NCBI RefSeq assembly: GCF_009914755.1
Contig: NC_060926.1
Source: the human T2T-CHM13v2.0 reference genome, Homo sapiens
Reading direction: 5' to 3' (one strand)
DNA: 64,000 nucleotides
Positions 18,745-36,860 of this stretch are shown here, in pieces; within the stretch, counting starts at the first letter, position 1; each line of letters begins with the position of its first letter. Made by a program: the position numbers and the translations under genes. A model generated the notes under the pieces. That model saw nothing but the letters and a program-made list of their open reading frames with translations, ran no database searches and was not told the origin of the DNA.

Positions 18745-18960
18745 GCCTGAGCTTAAATATCAGCTCTCATACTTGCTAGTTAGGTGATGTGGGGATTATT
18801 ACTTAACTTCTTCAGTTTTCTCATCTGTAAAATATAATGCTAAAGTTGTTTACCTCACAAAACTAAATTAAATAAGTTAATATATATAAAAGCACTAAAA
18901 ATAACAAGCACATAGTATGCCCTATGTAAATATCTGCTATTATTTTATCACTATTAATTG
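18745..18960 (+). mobile_element. MIR inserted in an L2 3' end
   Basis: cagttttctcatctgtaaaat core; L2 text on both sides (ctccatgaaagcaaggacttt ... atatttgttgagtaaatggat at ~19060). Confidence 0.7.
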
Positions 18961-19389
18961 TTGCCAATGATATTATCATTATTATTATTGTTATTCTTCT
19001 TCTTTTGTTGTAGTCCCTATATTCCAAACATTACTGCACAAAACAGCTCATAGATGATATTTGTTGAGTAAATGGATAGATTAATGAAAATTCAACCAAA
19101 GTAATTTGTGACAAACTAATTTCTACCCAAAATTCAATTGATATCTACCAAAGTAATATCTAATCACAACGATCCCATGACTGGATGCTCATTGAGGCAA
19201 AACTAAGCATTCAGCAAATTAGGATTCTTGGTGCTCAAGATGCAAGGCGAGTAGGATGCATATTTCCCAGGCCCTTTATAGAACAGTTAAATCAAAAGTG
19301 CTGTTTGGGGTAAACAAATGCTGCACTCTGCACAATACCTGAAGACTTCCTATGATAAGCCAAAAAACAAATAAATAAATAAGAAAAGA

Positions 19390-19800
19390 AAGAGTATAGT
19401 ATTGATTTAGCACTGTTAATTTGTAAATTTATATTGAAATTCTTAAAAAGCTTTATTCTTTTTGATCTGGCTGTTCCACTTATAAAATAAAATAAATACA
19501 CCCACAAAAGAAAAAGCTTTATGCAAAAAGCTGTTTACCTTATTATTTTAATGGTAAAATACTTAATACTTAATTAGCCTAAATATCTACGTATAACAAA
19601 ATGAATAAATAAATTGGCAAACACACCAAATGGAATATTAGGTAGACATTTAAAATAATATATACTAAGAAATTTGTTGATATTACACAAAATTCTTTTA
19701 GACTATAGCAATATGTAGAAATCATTGCCAAATTCATGGGAAAAAAAGAGAACCATATATTTAGAACATGCTTAAATTATGATTTATGAATATATACATA
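19390..19800 (+). mobile_element. Ancient L1M (L1ME-like) fragment
   Basis: gcctaaatatcta...aatgaataaataaattggca...atggaatatta resembles the L1M ORF2 end. Confidence 0.5.
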
Positions 19801-20047
19801 GAATCTCTGTGAGCCCTTTGAGTTTATGTGACAGTACATGTTTATATGCACAGTGCTCATGGTTTATGCCAAATTGTGTGTTTATGTCCGTGTCTATGAC
19901 CTCTCAAAAAGTTAAGCACCACGACTTGCAAGCACCTCTAAATCCAGAGTGATACATCTCCAGTAAATCAGCTATAGACTCCTGTATCAAGAGAAGACCG
20001 GATATATCTGGTAACAAATCTAAAGGCTTGCCACTCGAAGAATCACA

Positions 20048-20530
<483 letters not shown>

Positions 20531-20974
20531 TGCTTCAAACAATGTCAAGATGCAGAAGAATTTTGACAAACAACCTCATATCAATCTTTAGTTTTCCACA
20601 TAAAGTAAAATGTAATGCAATTTTTTTCTGAAAATGGTTTGAATTTGTTAGTTGAGTGATTTGCAAACAGAACTTTAGAAATGATGTTAAAAGTCATCCA
20701 ACTGTATAGTCTAAAGTTAAATTTTTCTGACATAAAATCCATTAATTTTGGGATGGAAAATAGAAGGAAGATAAAGAGTATTCATTTTTTACACAAATAT
20801 GAATGTTTCCCCATACAACTGAATTGAGTCTCTAGTGAAGGCCAGTAGAACTTTCATTAAGTAACACTACATGACTGCTGAAGAACAGTGACTATGTAAA
20901 CTGAAGAAATTTGAAATTGCTTTTGTGTTTAAATATTGCATAATTCAAATTAATTTCTGATGTAGCAAGGGATT

Positions 20975-21146
20975 CAAGCCTATTATAATATTTGAGAATA
21001 TTTTGGTGCTATAGTTCAATAGATCTCTATTTGTGCTTTATCACAATAAAGAGGCTTTTATTAGAGACAAGGCTAATAAAATATTTAGAATATGTTGGTG
21101 CTGTAGTTCAATAGATTTCTATTTGCGCTTCTTCACAATAAATAGG
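20975..21146. repeat. Two-copy tandem duplication, 92-bp period
   Basis: ggtgctatagttcaatagatctctatttgtgct at 21005 recurs as ggtgctgtagttcaatagatttctatttgcgct at 21097. Confidence 0.85.
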
Positions 21147-21459
21147 TCACAGTTTAGTTTGCCTCAAAGATCTTACTTTGATAGGCCTTCACTGATTCAC
21201 TCTTAATGAGGCTTTCCTGGATTTGGCTAGTGAAAGGCCTTTGCAAAGCCTATGAGTTCTGCTCCACTTGTCAGATGTGACCAGAAGATTCCTAACAACT
21301 CGAAGAGGGAAAAGAACATGATGTGGCAGGACAGCTTGGCAGATGTTGCAGGGGTAGGCAATCTGACAGAGCGCTGCTGCAGAAACTTTTGAGCCTGCCA
21401 CAGACCCAGGGCATGTCTGGGGTTTTTGTTCATTGGTGAATCAGTGCAAGGGAGTTGGA

Positions 21460-21562
21460 AGAAGTATGGGAGCTCCAGACCAGGCTCTGCCCCCATCAGT
21501 GTCAACTTGAGCCAATCACTTTCCTCCCCTTGGCCTTAGTTTCCTCAAACATAAATTGAAGA
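21460..21562 (+). mobile_element. MIR core fragment
   Basis: ggctctgcc...ttgagccaatcactt...ggccttagtttcctca. Confidence 0.6.
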
Positions 21563-23109
21563 GTGTGCTGATTTAATAATTTAAATTGAATGATTTAATA
21601 ATCGACAAAGACTCTGAGGAACCTTGTTGCTTGTATACAATATTATTCTGAGACTATCCTAGGATCTCATAGCAAATTAGAATCCTGTTTCTCTGGTTTC
21701 TGTTTGGCTCTGAGCTCTACCTCTTGACCACCACATATTAGAGCTTCCATCTACACAATGCTTCGGTATTTATTTCTTCCACAAGTTGCTCCCACCTCCA
21801 CATATACACCCCAATCCTGGAGAATATCATATTTGGCTTTAACCCCATGATATCTGTTCTCTTTACCCCATTCCAGCTCACATACATTCCTGTTAAGACA
21901 TTTCTTGGGTACGTCTATCTACGTCCTTAAAAATGGAGTAGATCATTCATTCATTTGAATGAATTGAATATTTTTGAAATATTTTGAAAGTACAATTTAA
22001 CCAACATTCATCTATGTTTCAATAGCTATGTTTTAGGCTTCTGAAGACTTGAGATCTGTCCTCAGGACCAACCAAACCCTCAGCCATTTACTCAGGGCCT
22101 GCTTCTGTACCAACTTCAGCCACAGCAGATCAGAGTCCCACACTTGGTGGAATTCTCTTATCTCACATGGAGTCACCATTATATGAAAACATTATACCAG
22201 AATATTGTTTCAAATCTTGGGGCTACTCTACCCATAACTCTCATCCTATGTTATTCTACAAACTGTAGGTTCTTAAGGTCAAATATCTTCTCTTCGCATT
22301 ATTCTGTATTTCTCTGAACCTTCTCGTGTTCTCTCTGCTGTTTCATTTGAATCTACATGCTGTTGGTGAACAAGCTTCCCTACGTATCCAAATACTCTGC
22401 TGCGCATCTCCTTTTGATCTAACCACAACCCAGCTCAGTTAGAGCCTGAGAATCTCACCTCCAGCTCTCTCTAATGAATGACCCATGAGGTCTGTATTCT
22501 TCCTCCACCCCATATATTGTTCTAGATATTTTTTTATTCACCTCTATGTGAAGCCCTGGACCAATTGGAAATCATACATTTACCTGCAAAGAGATCATAT
22601 GGAATAAAAGCTAAAGTTTATTTGCTTTGAACTGAATAGTCACTCTGGTGATCACAGTTTTATCAGATGCTCAGATTAATATCACTTTGTTAACGCAAAC
22701 AGGCACTGATAATCATTAGATGAATAATAAAGTTTTCTTGGCAAAACTTTAAAAGCAAAATAATTTGAAGGCTAATGACTTAATCAAAAAAGTTCTTAGT
22801 GGTCAAAATTTGGGAGCCAGAGACTTCAGTTTCAGATATGTACTTACTCCAAGACCATCTGGGTTTATAAAGTTCTATCTATCCACCTAGCTGGAGTGTA
22901 TGTGTATTTGGAGGGCTGCTAGGCAGCTTGGCCAGGAGCTAAATAGACAGCCAAAATTAGATTCTAGGCCACGAAAAATAGCAATTAGGTCAAATCCATC
23001 AGCTGCTTTTTGATTTATGGAGGACTCTAAGACTGATGGTCAACACACTGACCCTCAGACACAAACAAAACACCTTTTCTTACCTGGAAATTTGAGAGTT
23101 GGTGAAACT

Positions 23110-23270
23110 CTGTAACACTTATATAAGAAACTTGCTCATTGTACACATGATGAATTTGATGCATTGAGAGGAGAAATGATTTGCCCAATATCACAAAATC
23201 AGTTGGTAGTGGAGGACAACTAAAACCCCAGTCACTTGTTTTCTGATCTGGTAGCCTTTCTGTTATACAA
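23110..23270 (-). mobile_element. MIR fragment
   Basis: gagaggagaaatgatttgcccaatatcaca. Confidence 0.55.
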
Positions 23271-23347
23271 CTTTTTGATGGGTTGAAACAGGAACTTTAT
23301 AAATACTACCATGAAAAAAACAAAATGAATTACTGAATAACTAATTA

Positions 23348-23578
<231 letters not shown>

Positions 23579-23663
23579 TTATAATCTAAGAATAAATAGT
23601 CATAAGTTATTAAAATAACAAAAATTCATTGCAAAGATAATTAGGAATAGATATATAAAATAG

Positions 23664-24025
<362 letters not shown>

Positions 24026-24439
24026 AGGTTCTCATTTTACACAGTAAGTAAGCACTAAGCCTTCACAACAAGAAATCATTCACATTACGTCTATGAGTTC
24101 AACTGTTTAATCATTGTAAATAATAGAATCTACTGATTTGCTTGTCTTGTGAACATTTTTGAAGACTATATTGTATTATACAGTTAGACATAATCAGAGT
24201 TCTTTTTTTATTTACTTATTTTTATTTTATTATTATTATACTTTAAGTTTTAGGGTATATGTGCACAATGTGCAGGTTAGTTACATATGTTTACATGTGC
24301 CATGCTGGTGTGCTGCACCCATTAACTCATCATTTAGCATTAGGTATATCTCCTAAAGCTATCCCTCCCCCCTGCCCCCACCCCACAACAGTCCCCAGAG
24401 TGTGATGTTCCCCTTCCTGTGTCCATGTGTTCTCATTGT

Positions 24440-28267
<3,828 letters not shown>

Positions 28268-28330
28268 TATGATGTTAGCTGGTTATTTTGCTCGTTAGTT
28301 GATGCAGTTTCTTCCTAGCCTCGATGGTCT

Positions 28331-29347
28331 TTACAATTTGGCATGATTTTGCAGTGGCTGGTACCAGTTGTTCCTTTCCATGTTTAGTGCTTCCTTCAGG
28401 AGCTCTTTTAGGGCAGGCCTGGTGGTGACAAAATCTCTCAGCATTTGCTTGCCTGTAAAGTATTTTATTTCTCCTTCACTTATGAAGCTTAGTTTGGCTG
28501 GATATGAAATTCTGGGTTGAAAATTCTTTTCTTTAAGAATGTTGAATATTGGCCCCCACTCTCTTCGGGCTTGTAGAGTTTCTGCTGAGAGATCTGCTAT
28601 TAGTCTGATGGCCTTCCCTTTGTGGGTAACCTGACCTTTCTCTCTGCCTGCCCTTAACATTTTTTCCTTCATTTCAACTTTGGTGAATCTGACAATCATG
28701 TGTCTTGGAGTTGCTCTTCTCGAGGAGTATCTTTGTGGCATTCTCTGTATTTCCTGAATCTGAATGTTGGCCTGCCTTGCTAGATTGGGGAAGTTCTCCT
28801 GGATAATATCCTGCAGAGTGTTTTCCAACTTGGTTCCATCCTCTCCGTCACTTTCAGGTACACTAATCAGATGTAGATTTGGTCTTTTCACATAGTCCCA
28901 TATTTCTTGGAGGCTTTGTTCATTTCTTTTTATTCTTTTTTCTCTAAACTTCCCTTCTCGCTTCATTTCATTCATTTCATCTTCCATCACTGATACCCTT
29001 TCTTCCAGTTGATCGCATCAGCTCCTGAGGCCTCTGCATTCTTCACGTAGTTTTTGAGCCTTGAATTTCAGCTCCATCAGCTCCTTTAAGCACTTCTCTG
29101 TATTGGTTATTCTAGTTATACATTCGTCTAAATTTTTTTCAAAGTTTTCAACTTCTTTGCCTTTGGTTTGAATGTCCTCCTATAGCTCGGAGTAGTTTGA
29201 TCGTCTGAAGCCTTCTTCTCTCAACTCGTCAAAGTCATTCTCCATCCAGCTTTGTTCTGTTGCTGGCGAGGAGCTGCGTTCCTTTGGAGGAGGAGAGGTG
29301 CTCTGCTTTTTAGAGTTTCCAGTTTTTCTGCTCTGTTTTTTCCCCAT
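28331..29347 (-). pseudogene. L1 ORF1 (p40 RNA-binding protein), disrupted
   Basis: ATG GGG AAA AAA CAG at 29347; 1017-nt frame with premature TAG (29180-29182) and TGA (29018-29020) at CpG-decayed Arg codons; C-terminal 219 aa open (ARREWG, YPAKLS motifs). Confidence 0.95.
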
Positions 29348-30381
29348 CTTTGTGGTTTTATCTACTTTTGGTCTTTGATGATGGTGATGAACAGATGGGT
29401 TTTTGGTGTGGATGTCCTTTCTGTTTGTTAGTTTTCCTTCTAACAGACAGGACCCTCAGCTGCAGGTCTGTTGGAGTTTGCTAGAGGTCCACTCCAGACC
29501 CTGTTTGCCTGGGTACCAGCAGCAGTGGCTGCAGAACAGCGGATTTTTGTGAACCACGAATCCTGCTGTCTGAACGTTCCTCTGGAAGTTTTGTCTCAGA
29601 GGAGTACCTGGCCGTGTGAGGTGTCAGTCTGCCCCTACTGGGGAGTGCCTCCCAGTTAGGCTGCATGGGGGTCAGGGGTCAGGGACCCACTTGAGGAGGC
29701 AGTCTGCCCGTTCTCAGGTCTCCAGCTGGGTGCTGGGAGAACCACTGCTCTCTTCAAAGCTGTCAGACAGGGACATTTAAGTCTGCAGAGCTTACTGCTG
29801 TCTTTTTGTTTGTCTGTGCCCTGCCCCCAGAGGTGGAGCCTACAGAGGCAGGCAGGCCTCCTTGAGCTGTGGTGGGCTCCACCCACTTGGAGCTTCTAGG
29901 CTGCTTTGTGTACCTAATCAAGCCTGGACAATGGCGGGCGCCCCTCCCCCAGCCTCGCTGCCGCCTTGCAATTTGATCTCAGACTGCTGTGCTAGCAATC
30001 AGCGAGACTCCGTGAGCGTAGGACCCTCCCAGCCAGGTGCGGGATATAATCTCCTCGTCTGCCGTTTTTTAAGCCCATCAGAAAAGCGCAGTACTGGGGT
30101 GGGAGTGACCCGATTTTCCAGGTGCCGTCTGTCACCCCTTTCTTTGACTAGGAAAGGGAACTCCCTGACCCCTTGGGCTTTCCGAGTGAGGCAATGCCTC
30201 ACCCTGCTTCGGGTCACGCCTGGTGCACTGCACCCACTGTCCTGCGCCCACTGTCTGGCACTCCCTAATGAGATGAACCGGGTACTCAGATGCAAATGCA
30301 GAAATCACCCGTCTTCTGCGTCGCTCACGCTGGGAGCTGTAGACCGGAGCTGTTCCTATTTGGCCATCTTGGCTCCCTCCC
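29348..30381 (-). promoter_or_regulatory. L1 5' UTR internal sense promoter and antisense promoter; intact YY1 site
   Basis: YY1 motif caagatggcc (minus strand, 30362-30371); local CpG enrichment. Confidence 0.85.
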
Positions 30382-30404
30382 TAGTCAGAGTTCTTAACAC
30401 ATAA
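29931..30404 (+). CDS. L1 antisense ORF0, C-terminally extended (157 aa); translation unproven
   Basis: MAGAPPPASLPPCNLISDCCASNQRDSV... matches the ORF0 N-terminus; strong Kozak context acaATGG; frame open to TAA at 30402-30404. Confidence 0.6.
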   Translation: MAGAPPPASLPPCNLISDCCASNQRDSVSVGPSQPGAGYNLLVCRFLSPSEKRSTGVGVTRFSRCRLSPLSLTRKGNSLTPWAFRVRQCLTLLRVTPGALHPLSCAHCLALPNEMNRVLRCKCRNHPSSASLTLGAVDRSCSYLAILAPSLVRVLNT

Positions 30405-31044
30405 TTTAGTTAAATATGCCAAGATGCTCTCTCAGGATCTAAAACTTAGAGAAACAGATTTTTTTTTTTTTAAAGCAACCATTCTTGGTCTCAAAGACCT
30501 CAATCTGGTATGGAAGGGAGACAAGGCAGATCATTCCAGTATAAGACAGTCATTGTTGGGAGACTGCTGTGTACAGGACATAGGACATGAATAGATGATA
30601 TCATGGCAAGAAAGGGATCTAAGTATAACGTGTCCTTTCAAACTCCAAAAGGCAAATGCTATGAAGTACATCTTCCCCAGAGCACCCCAAAAGGAAAAAA
30701 AGGCTTCCATGTGTTTAGATCTTGTGGATCACCCCAGTGGAATTTATTAAGCAAGGAGATGACTTCAGTTAATAAACAAGAGAAGAATTCTTCTTCCCAC
30801 TGAGAGAATATATCACCCTCCACTTCTAATTCCCTTTCCCTGCCTTTTGGGAAGGGTGGAAGTGGAAGCTTTGACCATGATTGTGTGTCTGTAAGGAGGA
30901 TATGAGCTGTGTTATTGGCAATTGTAATGTGGAGGTTAACTCAGGATGTACAGTAACTTTGTGCTCATGATCTCCCAGCAGCCTGATGAAGTGAAACGAA
31001 CAGGAGACATAGAGCCAAGAAAAGTTCTATAGAATAGTATTCTT

Positions 31045-31170
31045 TTGAGTTCATGCATGTTATCATACTTGTCCAAGTTTTAGTTCTTCATCTTTAAAGC
31101 GAGGATCATTGTGTCTACTGCACCAAGGATAAACTAGGATCATGTATGGGAGGCACTTGGCACCTTCTGG
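31045..31170 (+). mobile_element. MIR fragment
   Basis: tttagttcttcatctttaaagcgaggatcatt...ggcacttggcac. Confidence 0.5.
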
Positions 31171-31180
31171 GCTCACAACC

Positions 31181-31341
31181 CTCATTGGTTCCCATGCTCC
31201 CTTTTCTCACTTCAGGAAAAATAAAACAACCCTCCCTGCTGCACACCTGTTACTTGCCTCTCATTGGTTCCCATGCTCCCTTTTCTCACTTCTGGAAAAA
31301 TAAAACAACCCTCCCTGATGCACACCTGTTACTTGCCTCTC
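31181..31341. repeat. 79-bp tandem duplication, 2 copies, 2 mismatches
   Basis: ctcattggttcccatgctcc...gttacttgcct at 31181-31259 and 31260-31338. Confidence 0.95.
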
Positions 31342-31344
31342 TGT

Positions 31345-31750
31345 CTCCTAATAGATCATACTCACCACCTAAACTAATGCTAAACTAGTGATGTAAGCCT
31401 GCCATTCCACTGATTAAAGAAAAAAAAAAAAGAAACAAAAGCCATCTGTCAAATGCTTACCTTACCTTCACCTGTAAAAGGTGTGAACTCTTACTGGAGC
31501 ACTCAAGGCCTGCCTAGCCTTCTTCTTCAGCTGCTCTCCCATTCTTCCCATAAGAAGCCATAACTTCATCCAAGCCTATTTAGGGCCATACGGGGACACA
31601 CACGTAGCAGCACTATCACCTAAAATGCTCTTGCTTTTCTTCTACCCCTTAGATCCTACCAATCTCCTCAAAGCCCGCTTATTCAATAGCTGTTCTCTAA
31701 AACATTCCCAGGTAGTTTTGGCTTAAAGTGGTAGCAGCCCCTCTGGAAAT
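31345..31750 (+). mobile_element. L2 fragment
   Basis: gcactcaaggcctgc, cacctaaaatgctcttgc, gatcctaccaatctcctcaaagccc. Confidence 0.5.
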
Positions 31751-31842
31751 ATGGCAGGTATTATACATGTCATCAACTTAGCAGATTCTCTTCTATAGCT
31801 AAATCTTGCTCAGGCCCTTCATGTGGTAAGCTGGCATGGTAG

Positions 31843-32616
<774 letters not shown>

Positions 32617-33287
32617 GTAGGTGCCTTAAAGAGCCATGGATTTTCTACATGTGAAAGTCTCTTTGCCCCAAGTTTCTCAAGGGTAGGAACCAGTTATTAA
32701 GTGTGTTTATATAATTCAAAGGATATATGAAGTGGTACGGTCTAAAAGGAAGAAAAAAAAGTATGCTCTCGGAAACAGGCTGCACTTGTGTTTTGAGCAC
32801 ACTGGCTATTTTTAATTAAAATGGTTTATACGAGTGAATGAATAAATACATGAATTTTCCCACCTCCAGCTTCTTGGGGATAAAATGTATAGGTCAATCA
32901 TAAAAGATAAGAATCTATTCCTTACTAATTCCCAGTTCACCACGTTCCCTTCCGGATGAGAGCAGATGGCTTCAGAAGGGAAGCAAAATCCAAGATGGCA
33001 ATTTAAATCAGTAACACTTTGAAAAGCTGATGTGCTTACCACCCTCGTTAGTTCCCAACACTGTGTAAGGTCACCTGAGCAATGGACTTGAAACACAATT
33101 GAAACAGAGGAGATGGTGAATTTCTAGCCTGACTGTTCATACACCTATTCTTTCTTGGCCTCGCTTTGAAATTCTGCAACAATAAGGCTGATGAAGGGAT
33201 TCTTTCATGCTCCCCAGGCCTCAGGAAACCTACCATAACACCTCCCACATTCTGTGCCATTTCAGTATCCGCCTAAGAAAAGCAAAT

Positions 33288-33317
33288 ACACACACACACA
33301 CACCACACACACACACA
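33288..33317. repeat. (CA)n microsatellite, interrupted
   Basis: acacacacacacacaccacacacacacaca. Confidence 0.9.
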
Positions 33318-33961
33318 TGTCCCTAGAGTTCTCTATAACTGTGTGGGCCTTTCATTTCAAAGTCTTCTTGAAAGTGTTATTTGTGAAGCTTAAAATATGT
33401 GAGCTTGCAGGGGGAGGAGACAATTACTTGGGAGAAAATAACACACCAGGATAAGCCACATCACATTGTTTCTTCTGGGACACATTTTGTTCTGGGAAAA
33501 TGTCCTAATAGCCTCTGATTTCAATGTTACTGCATATCACAGCACTGTGCCTGGGAAAACACAATGACATTTTATATGATGATATTGTAGTGAAATAATA
33601 GCTCTTCAGCACCATAAGCAGCATATTGACATGCAACATCTATTAGAAAGAATGGACATTGAATATCAAACCCATCAAATAGTTCTGTGTACAGAATTGG
33701 TTTCATGGCAGGGGGCATGGGGGTGAGTTTCACAAACCAAGGTATGATACAAATTTTAGAATAATGTCAGTTGCTTTTTTATTCTAAAGTGAAAAAGAGA
33801 AGTGCAGCTTGTTAGGGAGACAGTACCACATAACGTACAAGGCACGGGCTTGAGTCTCCAAGACCAGATGTTGGTAGAGGCACCGTGATGTACAGGTTCT
33901 ACACCTTTGGGCAACTCACTTCTTTGTGCTTCAATTCCCTAATTTTAAAAATACATATATG

Positions 33962-34315
<354 letters not shown>

Positions 34316-34776
34316 CTACTTTGTATGATTTCTTTTTGGGGTGAAGATTAGAAAAACATATGTACAACTTCTGAAATATACTGAACAACTACTAGTCATT
34401 ATTGTTGTCATCATGATGATGAACATGATTAACAAATGTGCAGCATTTTACAGAACAGCTGCCACTGCATTCCTTCTTCACCAGCATTAAGTCAACTACC
34501 CTCATACATAGGGAGATCAAAAATGTGACAGCCCCTAACACTTTCCCGGCTACCGAAGACATGCTGGTTTTCTCTGAAGTTTACTGGTAAGATAAAGGTA
34601 AACGGTGAGAACCACATCAGCTTTCAGGAATTATGTGCCAAGATAGTTCATGAGCTCCTAAAGAAACTCAGTTCTGTACTTTATAGGCAATTTTGTTTTA
34701 ACTACCAATGCAGTACCCTATAACAAAACTCCAGGCTCCTGGCTAGCCATCAGAAGTTCATATTTGTTCTTTAGTT

Positions 34777-35110
34777 TGTATATTACTTTGCCGATGCTGC
34801 TGTAACAAATTACGACTAACTTATTGACTTAAAACAACACAAAGTTTTATCACACAATCCTTTCAGACTGTGGTCTCCCTGGGCTAATATCAAAGTGTCA
34901 GGAGGGCCACATTCCTTCTGGAGACCTGAGGGAGAATCCATTAACAGTTTCTGGATAATCTAGAGAATCTCCCTATTTTAGGGTCAGCTGGTTAGCAAAC
35001 TTAGTGGCATCAGGTACCCTAATCCCCCTTTGCCTGTAAGAGTGCATATTCACAAATTCCAAGGATTAGGTCATGGGCATTTTTGGGGTGGCCATGATTC
35101 TGACTACCAT
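34777..35110 (-). mobile_element. MaLR LTR (MLT1C/D-like)
   Basis: gctgctgtaacaaattac..acttaaaacaacaca; cattccttctggag..gggagaatcc; catattcacaaattccaaggattagg. Confidence 0.8.
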
Positions 35111-35555
35111 AGTTTGGCTTTAGATCTTTTTCCAATATTTTTCCAAGAACATAAATAACTTCATTAAACCACGTTTTGCCATCAGTGAAAAGGTAATCTA
35201 AACATTCATGGAGTACCCAATATGTGTCAGCCATTTTACATTTATGAATTCACTTAGAACTCAGGACAACATCCTTTGGTGTACTATTAAAAGTGCCTGC
35301 TTATCCTCCTCTCTCTATTTCCATAATAGGACATATTATCCCTCCTGTATAATATGTCCTATTATGGGCCTTAATTGCATCACATATGAAAGAAAGTTCT
35401 ATGAGAGAACAGAAAGCAGAGAATAGGCAACTGAGAAGGTCAAAAAATATTTTTGAAAATGTGATATATAACCTTTTATATTTATTAACCAACATATATG
35501 TACCATTTATTGTGCTAAATATGTCTTACTTATCCATTGCATTATTTAATTTTTA

Positions 35556-35729
35556 GCTGGGCATGGTGGCACATACCTGTAGTCTCAGCTACTTGGGAGG
35601 CTGAGGCAGGAAGATCACTGGACCCAGGAGTTCAAAGCTGCAGTAATCTATGATTGCACCACTGCACTCCAGCATGGGATACTGTCAGACCCTGTCTCAA
35701 AAAAATGATAAAAAATAAATAAATAAAAA
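35556..35729 (+). mobile_element. Alu right monomer (FRAM/AluJ-like) within an antisense MIR (about 35480-35900)
   Basis: gctgggcatggtggcacatacctgtagtctcagc...ccctgtctc plus A tail. Confidence 0.88.
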
Positions 35730-35969
35730 TAATTTTCACAAAAACTTTATGTGGCTGTATTTTCTATATATTAAAGAGGAAAAAATGATGTTCAGAAGCT
35801 GGTGAAATTGTTCAAGGACACATACTAGTACTTGACAGAATTGTTATTTGAGCCCAATGTGCCTGATTTGAAAACACATGTGTTAAAACATGACACAAAC
35901 TATCTCCAATGTTGTAGGTCAAAGGCCATCTAGTGAGAAACAAGGCTTGAAAATATTTTAATTGACTTT

Positions 35970-36262
35970 TTTTTTTTTGGAGACAGAATCTAACTCTGTC
36001 ATCCAGGCTAGAGTACAGTGGTGCGATTTCAGCTCACTGCAACCTCCACCTCCTGAGTTCAAGCGATTCTCCTGCCTTAGCCTCCTGAGTACCTGGGACT
36101 ACAGGCATGCGCCACTACGCCTGGCTAATTTTTTGTATTTTTAGTAGAGACGGGGTTTCAACATGTTGGCCAGGCTGGTCTCGAACTCTGGACCTCAGGT
36201 GATCTGCCCACCTCAGCCTCCCAAAGTACTGGGATTAAAGGCGTGAGCCACTGCGCCCAGCC
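35970..36262 (-). mobile_element. Alu (AluS-type)
   Basis: TSD tttaattgacttt at 35957-35969 and 36263-36275. Confidence 0.95.
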
Positions 36263-36299
36263 TTTAATTGACTTTAAAACAATATATTTAACGCACCTC

Positions 36300-36860
36300 A
36301 GAATATGTGCATAGCCTCCAATGATGATTTCTTCAAAGGAGAAAGCATTCATTTGGAAAGGTAAGCCTAGGATGCTTACTTGGGAAAAATAAGGGCCCTT
36401 ATCCAGCCTAGACATGTACCTAGAAGAGGTATACATTTGGAAAGACTTACTAACTGAACAACTGGGAGAAGGCAGAAGGACAGGTGTTTCAGAAAACAGC
36501 ATGTGTAAAGGTACAGAGATGTTGGCCTCCACAGACCATGCAAGGAACTGTGACGTTAGTACTAAGGAAACAGAAAATGAAGTAAGATAGATAAGCACAG
36601 GACAAAACATCTGATCTTTGCATAAAATGCTAGGATTTGAAAGATTCTGAGGAGACAATTAACCTGACCATATTTGTAGTTGAAAAAAAAAAATTCTGGC
36701 AATTGCAAATTAAGAGGGCTGTGGCTAGACATTGGGCAGGGACCTGTTAGGCTGATGCAAGAGCCTAGAGAAGATATATGAAGATTTACAGCTAAGGTTA
36801 CTTGGTAGCAATGGAGAGAATGGAACAAATTAAGAAACATTCAGGAAATTTTAGAATCTC
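36300..36860 (-). mobile_element. L2 fragment
   Basis: gaaaacagcatgtgtaaaggtacagag; gggacctgttaggctgatgcaa. Confidence 0.65.

Noticed and set aside
21189-21505. Overlapping short ORFs in unique sequence as a host exon
   Set aside because: No recognisable protein similarity or convincing splice-site pair
21945-21964. Perfect 9-bp inverted repeat attcattca-tt-tgaatgaat
   Set aside because: Low-complexity (TGAA)n-type sequence; expected by chance
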